Under the pieces are notes generated by a model. The model was not told where the DNA came from. It saw only the letters and a list, made by a program, of their open reading frames with translations, and did not search any database. Of a DNA stretch of 64,000 nt, positions 41,266 to 51,204 are shown piece by piece. The DNA comes from Candidatus Poribacteria bacterium (GTDB lineage: Bacteria; Poribacteria; WGA-4E; WGA-3G). The stretch covers positions 1,376,001 through 1,440,000 of the forward strand of contig OZ243938.1 in assembly GCA_965214095.1 (NCBI GenBank). Direction: 5' to 3'. The translations under genes were made by a program, and so were the position numbers. Position 1 is the stretch's first letter, and every line of letters begins with the position of its first letter.

Positions 41266-41876
41266 TGAAGCTAAAGACATTAACGGAAATTCGCAATAAT
41301 GTTGCACTCGGGACATCCATAGTTTTCAGTCCGTTTATAGTGCCAATTGTTACTGCTATCTTTGTCATTCTTAAGCATGCAGAAACGAGTAGAGAACTTT
41401 TGCAGTGGCTTGTAGTTATATCAATATTTGTCACTGTACTGCCAATATTTGTAATAATCTTGCTATATCGCTTCTCGAAGGTGAGTAATATACATTTGCA
41501 TGCGAAGGAAGAACGTCTCATTCCGCTCTGTTTCACTATGGTGAGTATGATAGTAGGGACGTACGTCTTATATAAAATTGGGGCGAATAAAAGTATAATA
41601 TGGGTGTGTCAGGCTTTCATTGTTAACAGTGTAGTTTTCTCAATAATCACGCCATTATGGAAAATAAGTTTCCACACAAGTGTTGCAACTGGATGCATTA
41701 TGGTTTTGACTTTATTGGTCAACTTAAATTTGGTTTGGTTATTTCTATTAATGCCATTGATCGCTTGGGCACGAGTATACCGGGAACGACATACTCCCCT
41801 TCAAACTGTCGCTGGGACCCTCTTAGCAATTGTGAATACAATGCTCTTTTTCATTGTTCTACCACCTACCGTGTAA
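41265..41876 (+). CDS. PAP2-like integral membrane protein
   Basis: About 6 TM helices; WKISFH, WARVYRERHTPLQ; TGATG overlap with the peroxiredoxin stop. Confidence 0.7.
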   Translation: MKLKTLTEIRNNVALGTSIVFSPFIVPIVTAIFVILKHAETSRELLQWLVVISIFVTVLPIFVIILLYRFSKVSNIHLHAKEERLIPLCFTMVSMIVGTYVLYKIGANKSIIWVCQAFIVNSVVFSIITPLWKISFHTSVATGCIMVLTLLVNLNLVWLFLLMPLIAWARVYRERHTPLQTVAGTLLAIVNTMLFFIVLPPTV

Positions 41877-41887
41877 AACAAAGTACA

Positions 41888-42688
41888 TTATAAACCACGA
41901 TTTAATGGAGGAAGATCATCCCAATCGCATTGCAAACAGAAAAAACTATTCCCGATTCGTCTAACATCACTGTTGCATTCGGGACAACTTCGTTGGTTCA
42001 CCGTTTCACTTATATCAACATCAGCGGAAGAAGCGTTTGTCATCGTCTTATCCATCGGTATTGCACTTTCACGACTCGTAATATCTTGCTGCACGATTTC
42101 AATCACTTCTTCTGCATTCAAATGAAACGGTGGAGGCGCATTACGGGTGAGATCGAAGAACGTACTCCTATAGAAACGTGGACTTTCTGAGTCATTAACG
42201 CACCTCAGGAATACAGTAAACTTATCTGGAGAGACAAGAAAAGCAGAAGAGTCTACAATATGGTGTTTCGCGTTTATCGCAAGTTCATATCCTTCAAATT
42301 CAAAAATTGAATTGCCACCATCCACCCATATCGTGTCTGATGTGTTTTGAAAAACATCTTGTAGTTCATAGGAACGTGTTACAGAAAGGATTAAGGTATA
42401 GCGTTGATATGGATACTGTGATAGCAAGTCAAACGGCAGAAATGGTCCCGGTTCAGAAGTTTGCTTTAGAAATGCTGTAAAAGCTTTATATACTGCTTCT
42501 TTTGCTTCTCTTAGAATTGCACGATTACTATTTCCTAAGTGGGAATCATTACCTTCCTGAGAAAAAAAGTGGTCATCATTAATGTCTAATTCGGTCTGAA
42601 TATGAACATCAAACGTCATATTCCGATTACTTAATAGTTGTAGTCGTAAGGAAGGTTCATCTACAGTTTTGAGGATAAAGGGAAGCAT
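41888..42688 (-). CDS. Hypothetical protein with a C-terminal Zn ribbon
   Basis: CPECNS...FCLQCDWD; ATG 42688 follows GGAG. Confidence 0.65.
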   Translation of the reverse strand: MLPFILKTVDEPSLRLQLLSNRNMTFDVHIQTELDINDDHFFSQEGNDSHLGNSNRAILREAKEAVYKAFTAFLKQTSEPGPFLPFDLLSQYPYQRYTLILSVTRSYELQDVFQNTSDTIWVDGGNSIFEFEGYELAINAKHHIVDSSAFLVSPDKFTVFLRCVNDSESPRFYRSTFFDLTRNAPPPFHLNAEEVIEIVQQDITSRESAIPMDKTMTNASSADVDISETVNQRSCPECNSDVRRIGNSFFCLQCDWDDLPPLNRGL

Positions 42689-42901
42689 AGTTAACTCCAT
42701 ATTTGACTGATATTGGAATTGTAACATATTCTGGTATCTTCATTCAACGTATTATTATTAAAGTCTACAATTAATTTGTATCTTATTCAACTATCTGTTA
42801 TACTATTTATAGGTGTTGGTGATACAATCCATTCAGTTTTTAGAACGGCTATTACTTAGATTACTGTTTTGTAGAAATGATGATAAGAAAGGAAATAGAT
42901 T

Positions 42902-43648
42902 ATGTCAGGACACTCTAAATGGTCAACAATAAAACATAAAAAGGCTGCGATTGATGCTAAACGCGGAAAACTTTTTTCTAAGTTAGTTAAAGAGATCACT
43001 GCTGCTACACGAATAGGTGGTGGTGATGTTGATACCAATCCACGCCTACGAACAGCAATTGCAACCGCAAAGTCAAGTAATGTACCAAGTGATAACATAG
43101 AAAAGGCTATACTGCGCGGGACAGGTGAACTTGAGGGTACGTCTATAGAAGAAGTCGTTTATGAAGGATACGGTCCCGGTGGCGTTGCTTTGATAATTGA
43201 AGTGATTACAGATAATAAAAATCGAGCAGTAGCAGAAATTCGTCATGTACTCGGTAAGTTTGATGGCAGTATCGGAGAACGCGGTTGTGTTTCATGGGGT
43301 TTTGATAAATGTGGGCTCATTGTCGTTGATGCTGAAAGCATTGATGAAGAGGAACTGTTTTTAGTTGCAGCAGATGCAGGCGCGGAAGATTTGAATGAAA
43401 TGGAAACCGCTTTTGAAATTATAACTCCATTTGAAGAGTTTGATAAAGTTGTCACTGCAATCCAATCCACCGAAGCAGACATTCAGTTAGCTGAAATAAG
43501 TATGATACCACAAAATACTGTAAAACTTGAAGGCAAACAAGCAGAAAAAATGCTTAGGTTGATGGAAAACCTTGACGAACTTGATGATGTTCAGAAAGTT
43601 TATGCAAACTTCGACATTCCTGACGATATACTTGAGGCTGCAGCGTAG
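42902..43648 (+). CDS. yebC: YebC/PmpR family protein
   Basis: MSGHSKWSTIKHKK, YEGYGPGGVA, DDVQKVYANF. Confidence 0.95.
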   Translation: MSGHSKWSTIKHKKAAIDAKRGKLFSKLVKEITAATRIGGGDVDTNPRLRTAIATAKSSNVPSDNIEKAILRGTGELEGTSIEEVVYEGYGPGGVALIIEVITDNKNRAVAEIRHVLGKFDGSIGERGCVSWGFDKCGLIVVDAESIDEEELFLVAADAGAEDLNEMETAFEIITPFEEFDKVVTAIQSTEADIQLAEISMIPQNTVKLEGKQAEKMLRLMENLDELDDVQKVYANFDIPDDILEAAA

Positions 43649-43666
43649 GAATAGGACTTGTTGTCA

Positions 43667-44167
43667 ATGATAATTCTTGGGATTGACCCCGGTATTGCAA
43701 ACACTGGATTTGGAATCGTCAAATCAAGCACGGCACGCAACCAATTAATGCAGTATGGGAATATCAAAACTGATGCAAAAACGCCATCAGAATTACGATT
43801 AAAACAAATATATGACAAAATCATAAATCTAATTGATGAGTTTGATGTTGAGGAAGTCGTTCTTGAGGATGTTTTCTTCAGTAAACAGGTGAAAACAGCA
43901 TTTATCCTTGGTGAAGCAAAAGGGATTATTAAGTTAGCCGCGGCAAATACTGGAACTTCAGTGACAACATATACACCATTGCAAGTGAAAACATCTGTTA
44001 CAGGATATGGAAAAGCACCAAAAACACAAGTACAAAAAATGGTTCAGATGTTATTGAAACTAAAAAAACCACCAGAACCAGACCATGCAGCGGACGCACT
44101 TGCCCTCACGATATGCCACGCGCGTTCATACAAACTCAACAAAATACGGGAAAAATTAAATAAATAA
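43667..44167 (+). CDS. ruvC: Holliday junction resolvase
   Basis: ILGIDPG, TGYGKA.K.QV, DHAADALA. Confidence 0.95.
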   Translation: MIILGIDPGIANTGFGIVKSSTARNQLMQYGNIKTDAKTPSELRLKQIYDKIINLIDEFDVEEVVLEDVFFSKQVKTAFILGEAKGIIKLAAANTGTSVTTYTPLQVKTSVTGYGKAPKTQVQKMVQMLLKLKKPPEPDHAADALALTICHARSYKLNKIREKLNK

Positions 44168-44216
44168 CCTACCAGGATAAGACATCTCTCCTGTTCACTG
44201 AAAGGAATACATCTGC

Positions 44217-44813
44217 ATGATTGCTCACATAAAAGGAACTCTTGAATATAAAGATTCAAATGAGGTAGTTGTAGATGTTAACGGTGTTGGTTATTCAATT
44301 GAAGTAACGGAACGGACACTCAACGAATTACCTGCAATTGGTGAACCCGTTACTTTCTATACACACTATACACAGAATCGTGACAATGTGATAAAGTTAT
44401 ACGGATTCACATCACGAGATGCACTAAAGATATTTGAATTGGCAATCACTGTGACAAGGGTCGGTCCTACTTTAGCACAAAATATAGTTGGCAGACTGTC
44501 TCCTGCACAATTTCAACAAGCAGTTCTTAAAGAAAATATCCCAATCCTAAGACGTGTCCCTCGGTTGAGTGATGAAATTGCCAAACTTATTATCATGAAA
44601 CTAAAAAAGAAAATCGCAAATATAAAACTAGAGGAAAAAGTTGAGTTAGGTGGCGTGACTTCAACCCATCAAGCTGTCATCAATGTGTTGTTGAACCTTA
44701 ACGCATCCGACCTTGAAGCAGAACAGGCTTTAGAAAAGGCAATAGAGTCTCTCGGTGATTCTGCTGACCGCGATACACTCGTAAAAGAAGCATTGCGTTA
44801 TATACGAAATTAA
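44217..44813 (+). CDS. ruvA: Holliday junction branch migration protein RuvA
   Basis: MIAHIKG, DVNGVGY, LYGF; lies between ruvC and ruvB. Confidence 0.88.
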   Translation: MIAHIKGTLEYKDSNEVVVDVNGVGYSIEVTERTLNELPAIGEPVTFYTHYTQNRDNVIKLYGFTSRDALKIFELAITVTRVGPTLAQNIVGRLSPAQFQQAVLKENIPILRRVPRLSDEIAKLIIMKLKKKIANIKLEEKVELGGVTSTHQAVINVLLNLNASDLEAEQALEKAIESLGDSADRDTLVKEALRYIRN

Positions 44814-44861
44814 ATTCCGATTGTTTTATATTCAGCATAATCTTTTGTTCAAATCTCATCT

Positions 44862-44931
44862 GTAGGAACAATCTCCGAATCGCGACGAAATACTTTGATC
44901 GAATGTCAAACTAACTGTAAATTCCACTATA
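44862..44931. repeat. GTAG-type REP-like intergenic element
   Basis: GTAGGAACAATCTCCGAATCGCGAC in the ruvA-ruvB spacer; single copy in the window. Confidence 0.3.
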
Positions 44932-44965
44932 AAACAACTTTTACCAGAGAAAATGAGCCATATTC

Positions 44966-45997
44966 ATGGGTGACAAAATGGACAGTTACGATGAAGGTGA
45001 ATTTGGATATAGTCTACGTCCAGAAACATTAGATGAATTTATTGGACAGGATAAGGCAAAAGAGCAGATACGTCTTCACATAGATGCAGTAAAAAGTAGA
45101 CGTAAAGAAAAAAGTAGTGTAAAAAGTAAAGATAACGTATTGGAGCATGTCCTCCTCGTAAGCCCTCCAGGTCTTGGTAAAACTACACTCGCAAAAATAA
45201 TATCAAATGAATTTGGCACTAATTTTAAACAGGCTATCGGTACTGTCATGGAACAACTTGATCTTGCTTCAACATTAACAAATCTTGAAGAAGGTGACAT
45301 TCTTTTTATCGACGAAATCCACAGAATGAAGGCTACAACACAAGAGTCATTGTACCCTGTACTTGAAGATTTTGTTTTAGACCTGTCTATCGGTCAAGGT
45401 CCCGGTTCAGATATTGTCCAAGTTCCAATAGAACCGTTTACTTTGGTCGGGGCAACAACACGTGAAGGGTCACTTACAGGTCCATTTCGCGACAGACTTG
45501 GCATACATATTCACCTCGACTACTACACGCCAGAAGATATACAGCAAGCCATCCGTATCAACAGTGCAAAACTTAATATAAAAACTGAGGAAGATGCAGA
45601 GTATGAATTAGCAAAACGTGCTCGTGGCACAATGCGTGTCGCAAATAAATTACTCGCAAATGTTAGAGACTTTGCACAGGTTCACAGTAATGGGATTTTA
45701 ACACATGAAGTTGCTTTAGAAGCTTTGGAATTTTTTGGTATTGATGAAAAAGGGTTAAACAAGCAGGATTACGCCTATTTCCGTGCGCTTATTGATACAT
45801 TTAGTGGACGCGCAGGACTAAAAGCACTCGCTGTTGCTCTTAGTGAGGATGGACGCACAATCTCTGAAGTCTATGAACCATACTACATTAAAGAGGGATT
45901 TCTCAAACTCACATCAAGTGGACGGGTCGCAACTGAAGGGGCTTATGAATACTTCGGATATCCAACAAGCAACCAACCTTCATTATTTGAAAACTGA
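44966..45997 (+). CDS. ruvB: Holliday junction helicase RuvB
   Basis: LRP..LDEFIGQ, PPGLGKTT, FIDEIHR, FTLVGATTR, VYEPY. Confidence 0.95.
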   Translation: MGDKMDSYDEGEFGYSLRPETLDEFIGQDKAKEQIRLHIDAVKSRRKEKSSVKSKDNVLEHVLLVSPPGLGKTTLAKIISNEFGTNFKQAIGTVMEQLDLASTLTNLEEGDILFIDEIHRMKATTQESLYPVLEDFVLDLSIGQGPGSDIVQVPIEPFTLVGATTREGSLTGPFRDRLGIHIHLDYYTPEDIQQAIRINSAKLNIKTEEDAEYELAKRARGTMRVANKLLANVRDFAQVHSNGILTHEVALEALEFFGIDEKGLNKQDYAYFRALIDTFSGRAGLKALAVALSEDGRTISEVYEPYYIKEGFLKLTSSGRVATEGAYEYFGYPTSNQPSLFEN

Positions 45998-46002
45998 CTT
46001 AT

Positions 46003-47031
46003 ATGAAATTGACAGATTTCGATTACGAACTACCGCAGAACCGAATTGCACAAGAACCACTGCAGCAACGGGACGCATCAAAACTGATGGTGATTAACCG
46101 AAACACACGGGAAATACACCATACGACTTTCTCAGAAATTAGAGATTTTCTACCGAAACCTTCCCTCCTTGTCTTGAACGACACAAAAGTTATTCCAGCA
46201 AGATTAATTGGAAACAAAAGCAAAACAGGTGGTAAAATTGAACTGCTTCTCATTCAGGAAAAAGAAAGAGACACATGGGAAGTACTCGCAAAACCGCGCA
46301 GGAGTTTGCAAGTCGGCACACAGTTGGAATTTAACGATGGAGTACTTAACGCTGAAGTTGTTGAAAAACCTGACAATGAAAACTGCATTGTCCATTTCAA
46401 ATATGATGGAACGTTCTCAACTATACTATCCAATGTAGGTATCATGCCATTGCCACCATATATTCGTCGTTCTCCAAATGATGAAGATAGGGTTCGTTAC
46501 CAATCAGTGTTTGCTGACAAAGAGGGAGCAATTGCAGCACCAACTGCAGGACTACACTTTACACCTGAATTGTTAGGTGAATTGAAAGATCACGGATTTG
46601 ATATTGCATTGTTAACATTGCATGTTGGTATTGGCACATTCCAACCAGTCAAAGTTGAGAATATCCAGACACATAAAATGCATGCAGAATACATACATCT
46701 CGGTGAGAAAGAAGCAACACAAATTCGTAAGGCACGTCAAAGTGACACCAAAATAGTATCTATCGGTACAACAGTCGTGCGAGCACTTGAAACTGCTGGA
46801 AAGGATGGAATTTTCAAACCATTTTGTGGATATAGTGAACTTTTCATATATCCTGGTTACCAATTTAATGTTGTAGATGCGTTAGTAACAAACTTCCATC
46901 TACCTAAATCAACTTTACTCATGTTAGTCAGTGCATTTGCTGATATTGAACTAATTCAATACGCATACGACGAAGCACTAACTCATGATTACCGCTTCTA
47001 TAGCTATGGTGATGCCATGCTTATTTTATGA
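46003..47031 (+). CDS. queA: SAM:tRNA ribosyltransferase-isomerase
   Basis: PLPPYI, AAPTAGLHF, LHVGIGTF, TNFHLPKSTL, YRFYSYGDAM. Confidence 0.96.
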   Translation: MKLTDFDYELPQNRIAQEPLQQRDASKLMVINRNTREIHHTTFSEIRDFLPKPSLLVLNDTKVIPARLIGNKSKTGGKIELLLIQEKERDTWEVLAKPRRSLQVGTQLEFNDGVLNAEVVEKPDNENCIVHFKYDGTFSTILSNVGIMPLPPYIRRSPNDEDRVRYQSVFADKEGAIAAPTAGLHFTPELLGELKDHGFDIALLTLHVGIGTFQPVKVENIQTHKMHAEYIHLGEKEATQIRKARQSDTKIVSIGTTVVRALETAGKDGIFKPFCGYSELFIYPGYQFNVVDALVTNFHLPKSTLLMLVSAFADIELIQYAYDEALTHDYRFYSYGDAMLIL

Positions 47032-47054
47032 AAATTAAGGAGAATTTATTTGCA

Positions 47055-47357
47055 ATGGATGGTCTAACAAGTATACTTTTTATGGTTGTTCCGATGATTC
47101 TCATCTTGTATTTTTTGATGTTTCGTCCAGAACAACAAAGACGGAAAAAACATCAGGCAATGCTTGAGAATCTAACAAAAGGGGATGAAATAGTAACGAA
47201 CGGAGGCTTACACGGCAAAATACTTGGGATTACAAATGATAAAAAGATTGTGCTTCTCTCTGTCGGAGAAGTGAATAATCAGGAAGTAAAAGTGCAAATA
47301 TCCCTAAGTGCTGTAGCATTCCTCAAAAAAGGTGGAGAACTTATTGAAGGTGAGTAG
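47055..47357 (+). CDS. yajC: Preprotein translocase subunit YajC
   Basis: YFLMFRPEQQR, GDEIVTNGGLHG. Confidence 0.9.
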   Translation: MDGLTSILFMVVPMILILYFLMFRPEQQRRKKHQAMLENLTKGDEIVTNGGLHGKILGITNDKKIVLLSVGEVNNQEVKVQISLSAVAFLKKGGELIEGE

Positions 47358-47985
47358 ATTGGAAAACTGAAAGCTGATAGATCACACCATCATATTCTAA
47401 CAGTCTTGCACGGGTCTGTTCTGCAATACCAAGTAAATCATTGTGATGCAAAGAGACTCGTGCTGATTTATCTTTTGAATCAATCAGATTAACGGTTGCT
47501 GTGCCTTTCCCATCAAGAAATCTATAGAAACAGAATCCCTCTCCAATCCATTCAGTTTCAAACGCATTTTCACACATACATAGATTGTAGTTTGTATCTG
47601 TCCGATTTTCACCTGCATTCAATATGACCGCAGCAGGATCTGTATGTGAAGGTGTTTTACAAAACGCTATTTCAACACTCTCTGAGGTAGTGATAATTTC
47701 AAAAGTCGTGTGATGTGGAATAAAAGCCAAACATGCTTCACCGTCAAAGACATCTTTACGTTTGCCTAAATCACCATTAGCCTTATTCCCGTTATGACCG
47801 ACAAGAAGTCTACATTGTCCTCCTAATGCAATCAGAACAACTTCATAATCATCAGAATGGTCAAAATAGGTTGAATTAGGAGATAGGTTAAGAATACCGA
47901 AGTGTAGATTAGAAATTCCAAAATCACCTGGGTCAGCAAGATGGGTATAACCCTCAGTAGGTGTATAATGCTTAAATACTGACAT
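47341..47985 (-). CDS. IolB (5-deoxy-glucuronate isomerase)-like protein, short and degenerate
   Basis: N-terminal cupin EVVLIALGG...GKRKDVFDG; the C-terminal His motif is absent. Confidence 0.55.
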   Translation of the reverse strand: MSVFKHYTPTEGYTHLADPGDFGISNLHFGILNLSPNSTYFDHSDDYEVVLIALGGQCRLLVGHNGNKANGDLGKRKDVFDGEACLAFIPHHTTFEIITTSESVEIAFCKTPSHTDPAAVILNAGENRTDTNYNLCMCENAFETEWIGEGFCFYRFLDGKGTATVNLIDSKDKSARVSLHHNDLLGIAEQTRARLLEYDGVIYQLSVFQSTHLQ

Positions 47986-48568
47986 CAGGAACAAAATCCA
48001 CTATATGTTCAACAAGACTTGCCAACGGAAGTCCAACCACGTTAAAATAGCAACCTTCAATCCGTTGCACAAATGCTGCACCACGGCCTTGAATACCATA
48101 AGCACCGGCTTTATCACGCGCTTCACCACTATTGATATAATGAACGATCTCGTCTTTAGAGATTTTTCTAAAATACACCTTTGTAACTTCCGACCATTTT
48201 ATCTCGCGGTTTTCTTTCAGATTGATAAGAGAAACACCTGTAACAACACTATGACATTTATTGCTAAGTTTTGTTAACATCTGCAGACCGTGTTTATCAT
48301 TTTGTGGTTTTCCAAGCAGTTCTGACTCAAACGACACCAACGTGTCTGCACCAATAACGATACCCTCAGTATACCGTTTAGCAACATCTTGAGCTTTCAA
48401 GGAAGCAAGTTGTTGCGTTACGACTTCTGGGGACACATCATTTGGTGGAACAGGTTCTTGAATATTACTCGGATATACCTCAAATGTCAATCCAATTTGA
48501 GATAATAAAGCAGCACGGCGTGGGGAGGCTGATGCTAATATTAAACGTGGAATCTTCAGAAATGGCAT
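47972..48568 (-). CDS. maf: Maf/YhdE nucleoside triphosphate pyrophosphatase
   Basis: LILASASPRR, GADT, GKP, DKAGAYGIQG, NVVGLP. Confidence 0.95.
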   Translation of the reverse strand: MPFLKIPRLILASASPRRAALLSQIGLTFEVYPSNIQEPVPPNDVSPEVVTQQLASLKAQDVAKRYTEGIVIGADTLVSFESELLGKPQNDKHGLQMLTKLSNKCHSVVTGVSLINLKENREIKWSEVTKVYFRKISKDEIVHYINSGEARDKAGAYGIQGRGAAFVQRIEGCYFNVVGLPLASLVEHIVDFVPDVSI

Positions 48569-48591
48569 AAAACGGTTACTTCAAGAAACTG

Positions 48592-48870
48592 TTACTTTAA
48601 ACAATACCATTGATTACAGTTTTTATTTTCTATCTCTAACAACTTGGCAGCAATTAGTTCCGATATACCAGTATCAATGTCTGTTTTGGAAAACCCAACT
48701 TTGCCGAGAATTTCATCTCTATTAGGTATGAGAAACCATTCAGGTTTTTCAAGTGAATCATTATGATTGCGAAATACTTCAAGGGCAACATATAGGCGCA
48801 TTGCTCTCGCTGAAAGATCAACAAGTGGATTGATGTTTGAGCAAAAGTCTATGGATTTATCCTGCATCAT
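48592..48870 (-). CDS. Small hypothetical protein, winged-HTH-like
   Basis: LSARAMRLY..L...GFSKTDIDTGISELIAAKLL pattern. Confidence 0.5.
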   Translation of the reverse strand: MMQDKSIDFCSNINPLVDLSARAMRLYVALEVFRNHNDSLEKPEWFLIPNRDEILGKVGFSKTDIDTGISELIAAKLLEIENKNCNQWYCLK

Positions 48871-49097
48871 TCTGTCCTCAATTGTATATATTTTGACAAC
48901 CATTGGATTTAACGGAATCCACAGAATTGCGGTTACAATATCATATATTTTTGGGTCAAGATTACCAGACCTGCAATGCTATTAGGATGTAGTGACAAGA
49001 ACACTACACACCCGCATCAGATAACTCTTGCAACTATTAACGAAATAATATATGATGATACTGAAAGATTATGGAAAAATAGACTTGGAGTCTATGA

Positions 49098-49604
49098 ATG
49101 CGGAATAACCTATTTGTACCCAACAAAATGCCTTATGCAAAAGGAAAGAACAGACCTGATGTACAGTGTATCCTATGTGCAATCGTGGAGAAAGATGAGA
49201 AAGTTGAACGTCTTGAAGTTCATAGAACAGAACTCTTTACAATCTCACTAAATCTATATCCGTATAGTCCTGGACACCTTATGATATTTCCCAATCGGCA
49301 CATAGTTGATGCTCGTGAATTAAACGCAGAAGAAGTATATGACCTACATCAACTTCAATGTCTAAGTTTTGAAGTATTGACGCAGGCATATCAACCAAAA
49401 GGGTTCAATGTAGGATACAATATGGGTGAATCGTCAGGAGCAAGTATAGCACATCTTCACTTGCATGTTGTCCCGCGGTATCCGCGTGAATTAGGGTTCA
49501 TGGATGTAATCGGAGGGGCAAGAATTATCATTGAAGACCCGAATGCAACTCAGGAAAAACTCTTTGAACTATTCCAAAAAATTACAGATAAGACGCAGAC
49601 ATAA
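49098..49604 (+). CDS. HIT-family hydrolase (FHIT/Ap4A phosphorylase-like)
   Basis: CILC, NLYPYSPGH, GFNVGYN.G..SGASIAHLHLHVVPR. Confidence 0.92.
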   Translation: MRNNLFVPNKMPYAKGKNRPDVQCILCAIVEKDEKVERLEVHRTELFTISLNLYPYSPGHLMIFPNRHIVDARELNAEEVYDLHQLQCLSFEVLTQAYQPKGFNVGYNMGESSGASIAHLHLHVVPRYPRELGFMDVIGGARIIIEDPNATQEKLFELFQKITDKTQT

Positions 49605-49737
49605 GAATTCAACTTGTCAATATAAATCAAGCAGAACTCCTAAAACTAAATAACCCTGTTTAGAATCAACTTTCCTTGCAATCCACGATGATTTGTGGTA
49701 TCCTATCTATAAGTTATATTCAAGCGAGGACAGATGA

Positions 49738-50544
49738 ATGAAATTGGGTTTATGTACAATCGCATTTGAAGAAAAACCTTTGGAAGAGGTAATTGATATT
49801 GCTGCTGACTACGGTTTTGATGGCATTGAAGTATGGGGAAAACCACCACACATGCCACTTGAATACGATGCTACCTATGTGAAAAACATTAAGGAGTTAG
49901 CACAACAGAAAGGATTGTCGATTTCTGCTTATGGATCCTATGTGAATCCCTTAATGGAATTTCATCAGAAGCATTTTGAGGATGCATTTAAAATTGCACA
50001 CGGTCTTGGCACCAATCTCATCCGGATTTGGTCTGGAGGGGGTCCGTCAAAATCTATTATATCCGACGATAAACGGATGATCCTATTCCGATTAGTCAGT
50101 TTGGCACAATGGGCAAATTTCCGTAGTATTATCATGGGGTTGGAGATGCACAATAACCATCTGTCTGATACAGTTGAGAGCATCCTTGAGATAATAGAAA
50201 ACACCAATATGCCATCTCTAAAAACATATTACCAACCACTTTCACGGTATGATGCTGATGAACCGCATACTGCTGCCCAACAGCTCGCACCCCACGTTGT
50301 GAATATTCATGCACAGAACTTTGATGAAAACGGTAAAGCATGTCCAATCTCTGATGGCGTTGTTGACTATAGCAGGATCGTCGAAACGCTTGGAAGTGAA
50401 GGCTATGATGGGTATATTCACGTCGAATTTGTCCACGGTGATAACAAAATGGATGCTTTACAACGGGATAGAGACTTTCTCGCAAGCCTCACTACACCAT
50501 TAGTTGAGGATTCATTGAAAAATCTTGAGACCGAGTCTGTATAA
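49738..50544 (+). CDS. Sugar phosphate isomerase/epimerase (xylose isomerase-like TIM barrel)
   Basis: GFDGIEVWG, LEMH, NIH, GYDGYIHVEF. Confidence 0.85.
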   Translation: MKLGLCTIAFEEKPLEEVIDIAADYGFDGIEVWGKPPHMPLEYDATYVKNIKELAQQKGLSISAYGSYVNPLMEFHQKHFEDAFKIAHGLGTNLIRIWSGGGPSKSIISDDKRMILFRLVSLAQWANFRSIIMGLEMHNNHLSDTVESILEIIENTNMPSLKTYYQPLSRYDADEPHTAAQQLAPHVVNIHAQNFDENGKACPISDGVVDYSRIVETLGSEGYDGYIHVEFVHGDNKMDALQRDRDFLASLTTPLVEDSLKNLETESV

Positions 50545-50565
50545 GCAGAGTCGATTTTTTCTTAC

Positions 50566-51180
50566 ATGCGATTAGAAGTCGGTATCATCGCTCTCCTTGA
50601 ACAGACATTAGAAATTTCTGCTGAAAAACGCGCACAGTTTGACTGGCTTCGGAACAAACCTTCTCCTGATTATTTCGGGGATCTTTATGATAAGTTGATG
50701 GATCTTTACGGAGAACTCAACGGAGATTGGCAGGGCACTGAAGCAAAAGCAGACGGTTATCTTACGCCTGACGCATATTTTCCTGAACCATACAATTTTA
50801 TCTTTGAGTTTGATGAGCTACAGCACTTTACAAAATATAGAGAGTTGACATTTAAATATTATTCTGAAAACATGCCGCTTGCCTACAAACCGGAAAAATA
50901 TGTTACGTTTTGCAAGGAATACCATCAAGCAGCTCTTGCAAAAGGACCAGACCGATTCAGAAGGCGTACAGCGGATTTTCCTTATGTGAACGGAAGGGCA
51001 GCGCAACGGGCTTTTTTTGATACTTTCAGGGATTGGTTACCCCCGCGGCACGGACTCAATCCTACTATAAGACTCGCAGAATTTGAGGTCCAACCTATTC
51101 TGAACGGTGAATTAACTGAAGATGCTGCGATTTCATATATGAAGAAACTCATAAGCGGTCGTATTGCAGACATAATATAG
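50566..51180 (+). CDS. Hypothetical protein with a PD-(D/E)xK/Vsr-like nuclease motif
   Basis: LTPDAYF...FEFDELQHF...QRAFFD..RD. Confidence 0.55.
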   Translation: MRLEVGIIALLEQTLEISAEKRAQFDWLRNKPSPDYFGDLYDKLMDLYGELNGDWQGTEAKADGYLTPDAYFPEPYNFIFEFDELQHFTKYRELTFKYYSENMPLAYKPEKYVTFCKEYHQAALAKGPDRFRRRTADFPYVNGRAAQRAFFDTFRDWLPPRHGLNPTIRLAEFEVQPILNGELTEDAAISYMKKLISGRIADII

Positions 51181-51204
51181 AAAAGGTAGGGTATATTACA
51201 CTAT

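Noticed and set aside
46003-47357. tgt and secDF missing from the queA-yajC cluster
   Set aside because: Ordinary operon rearrangement; the genes could be elsewhere
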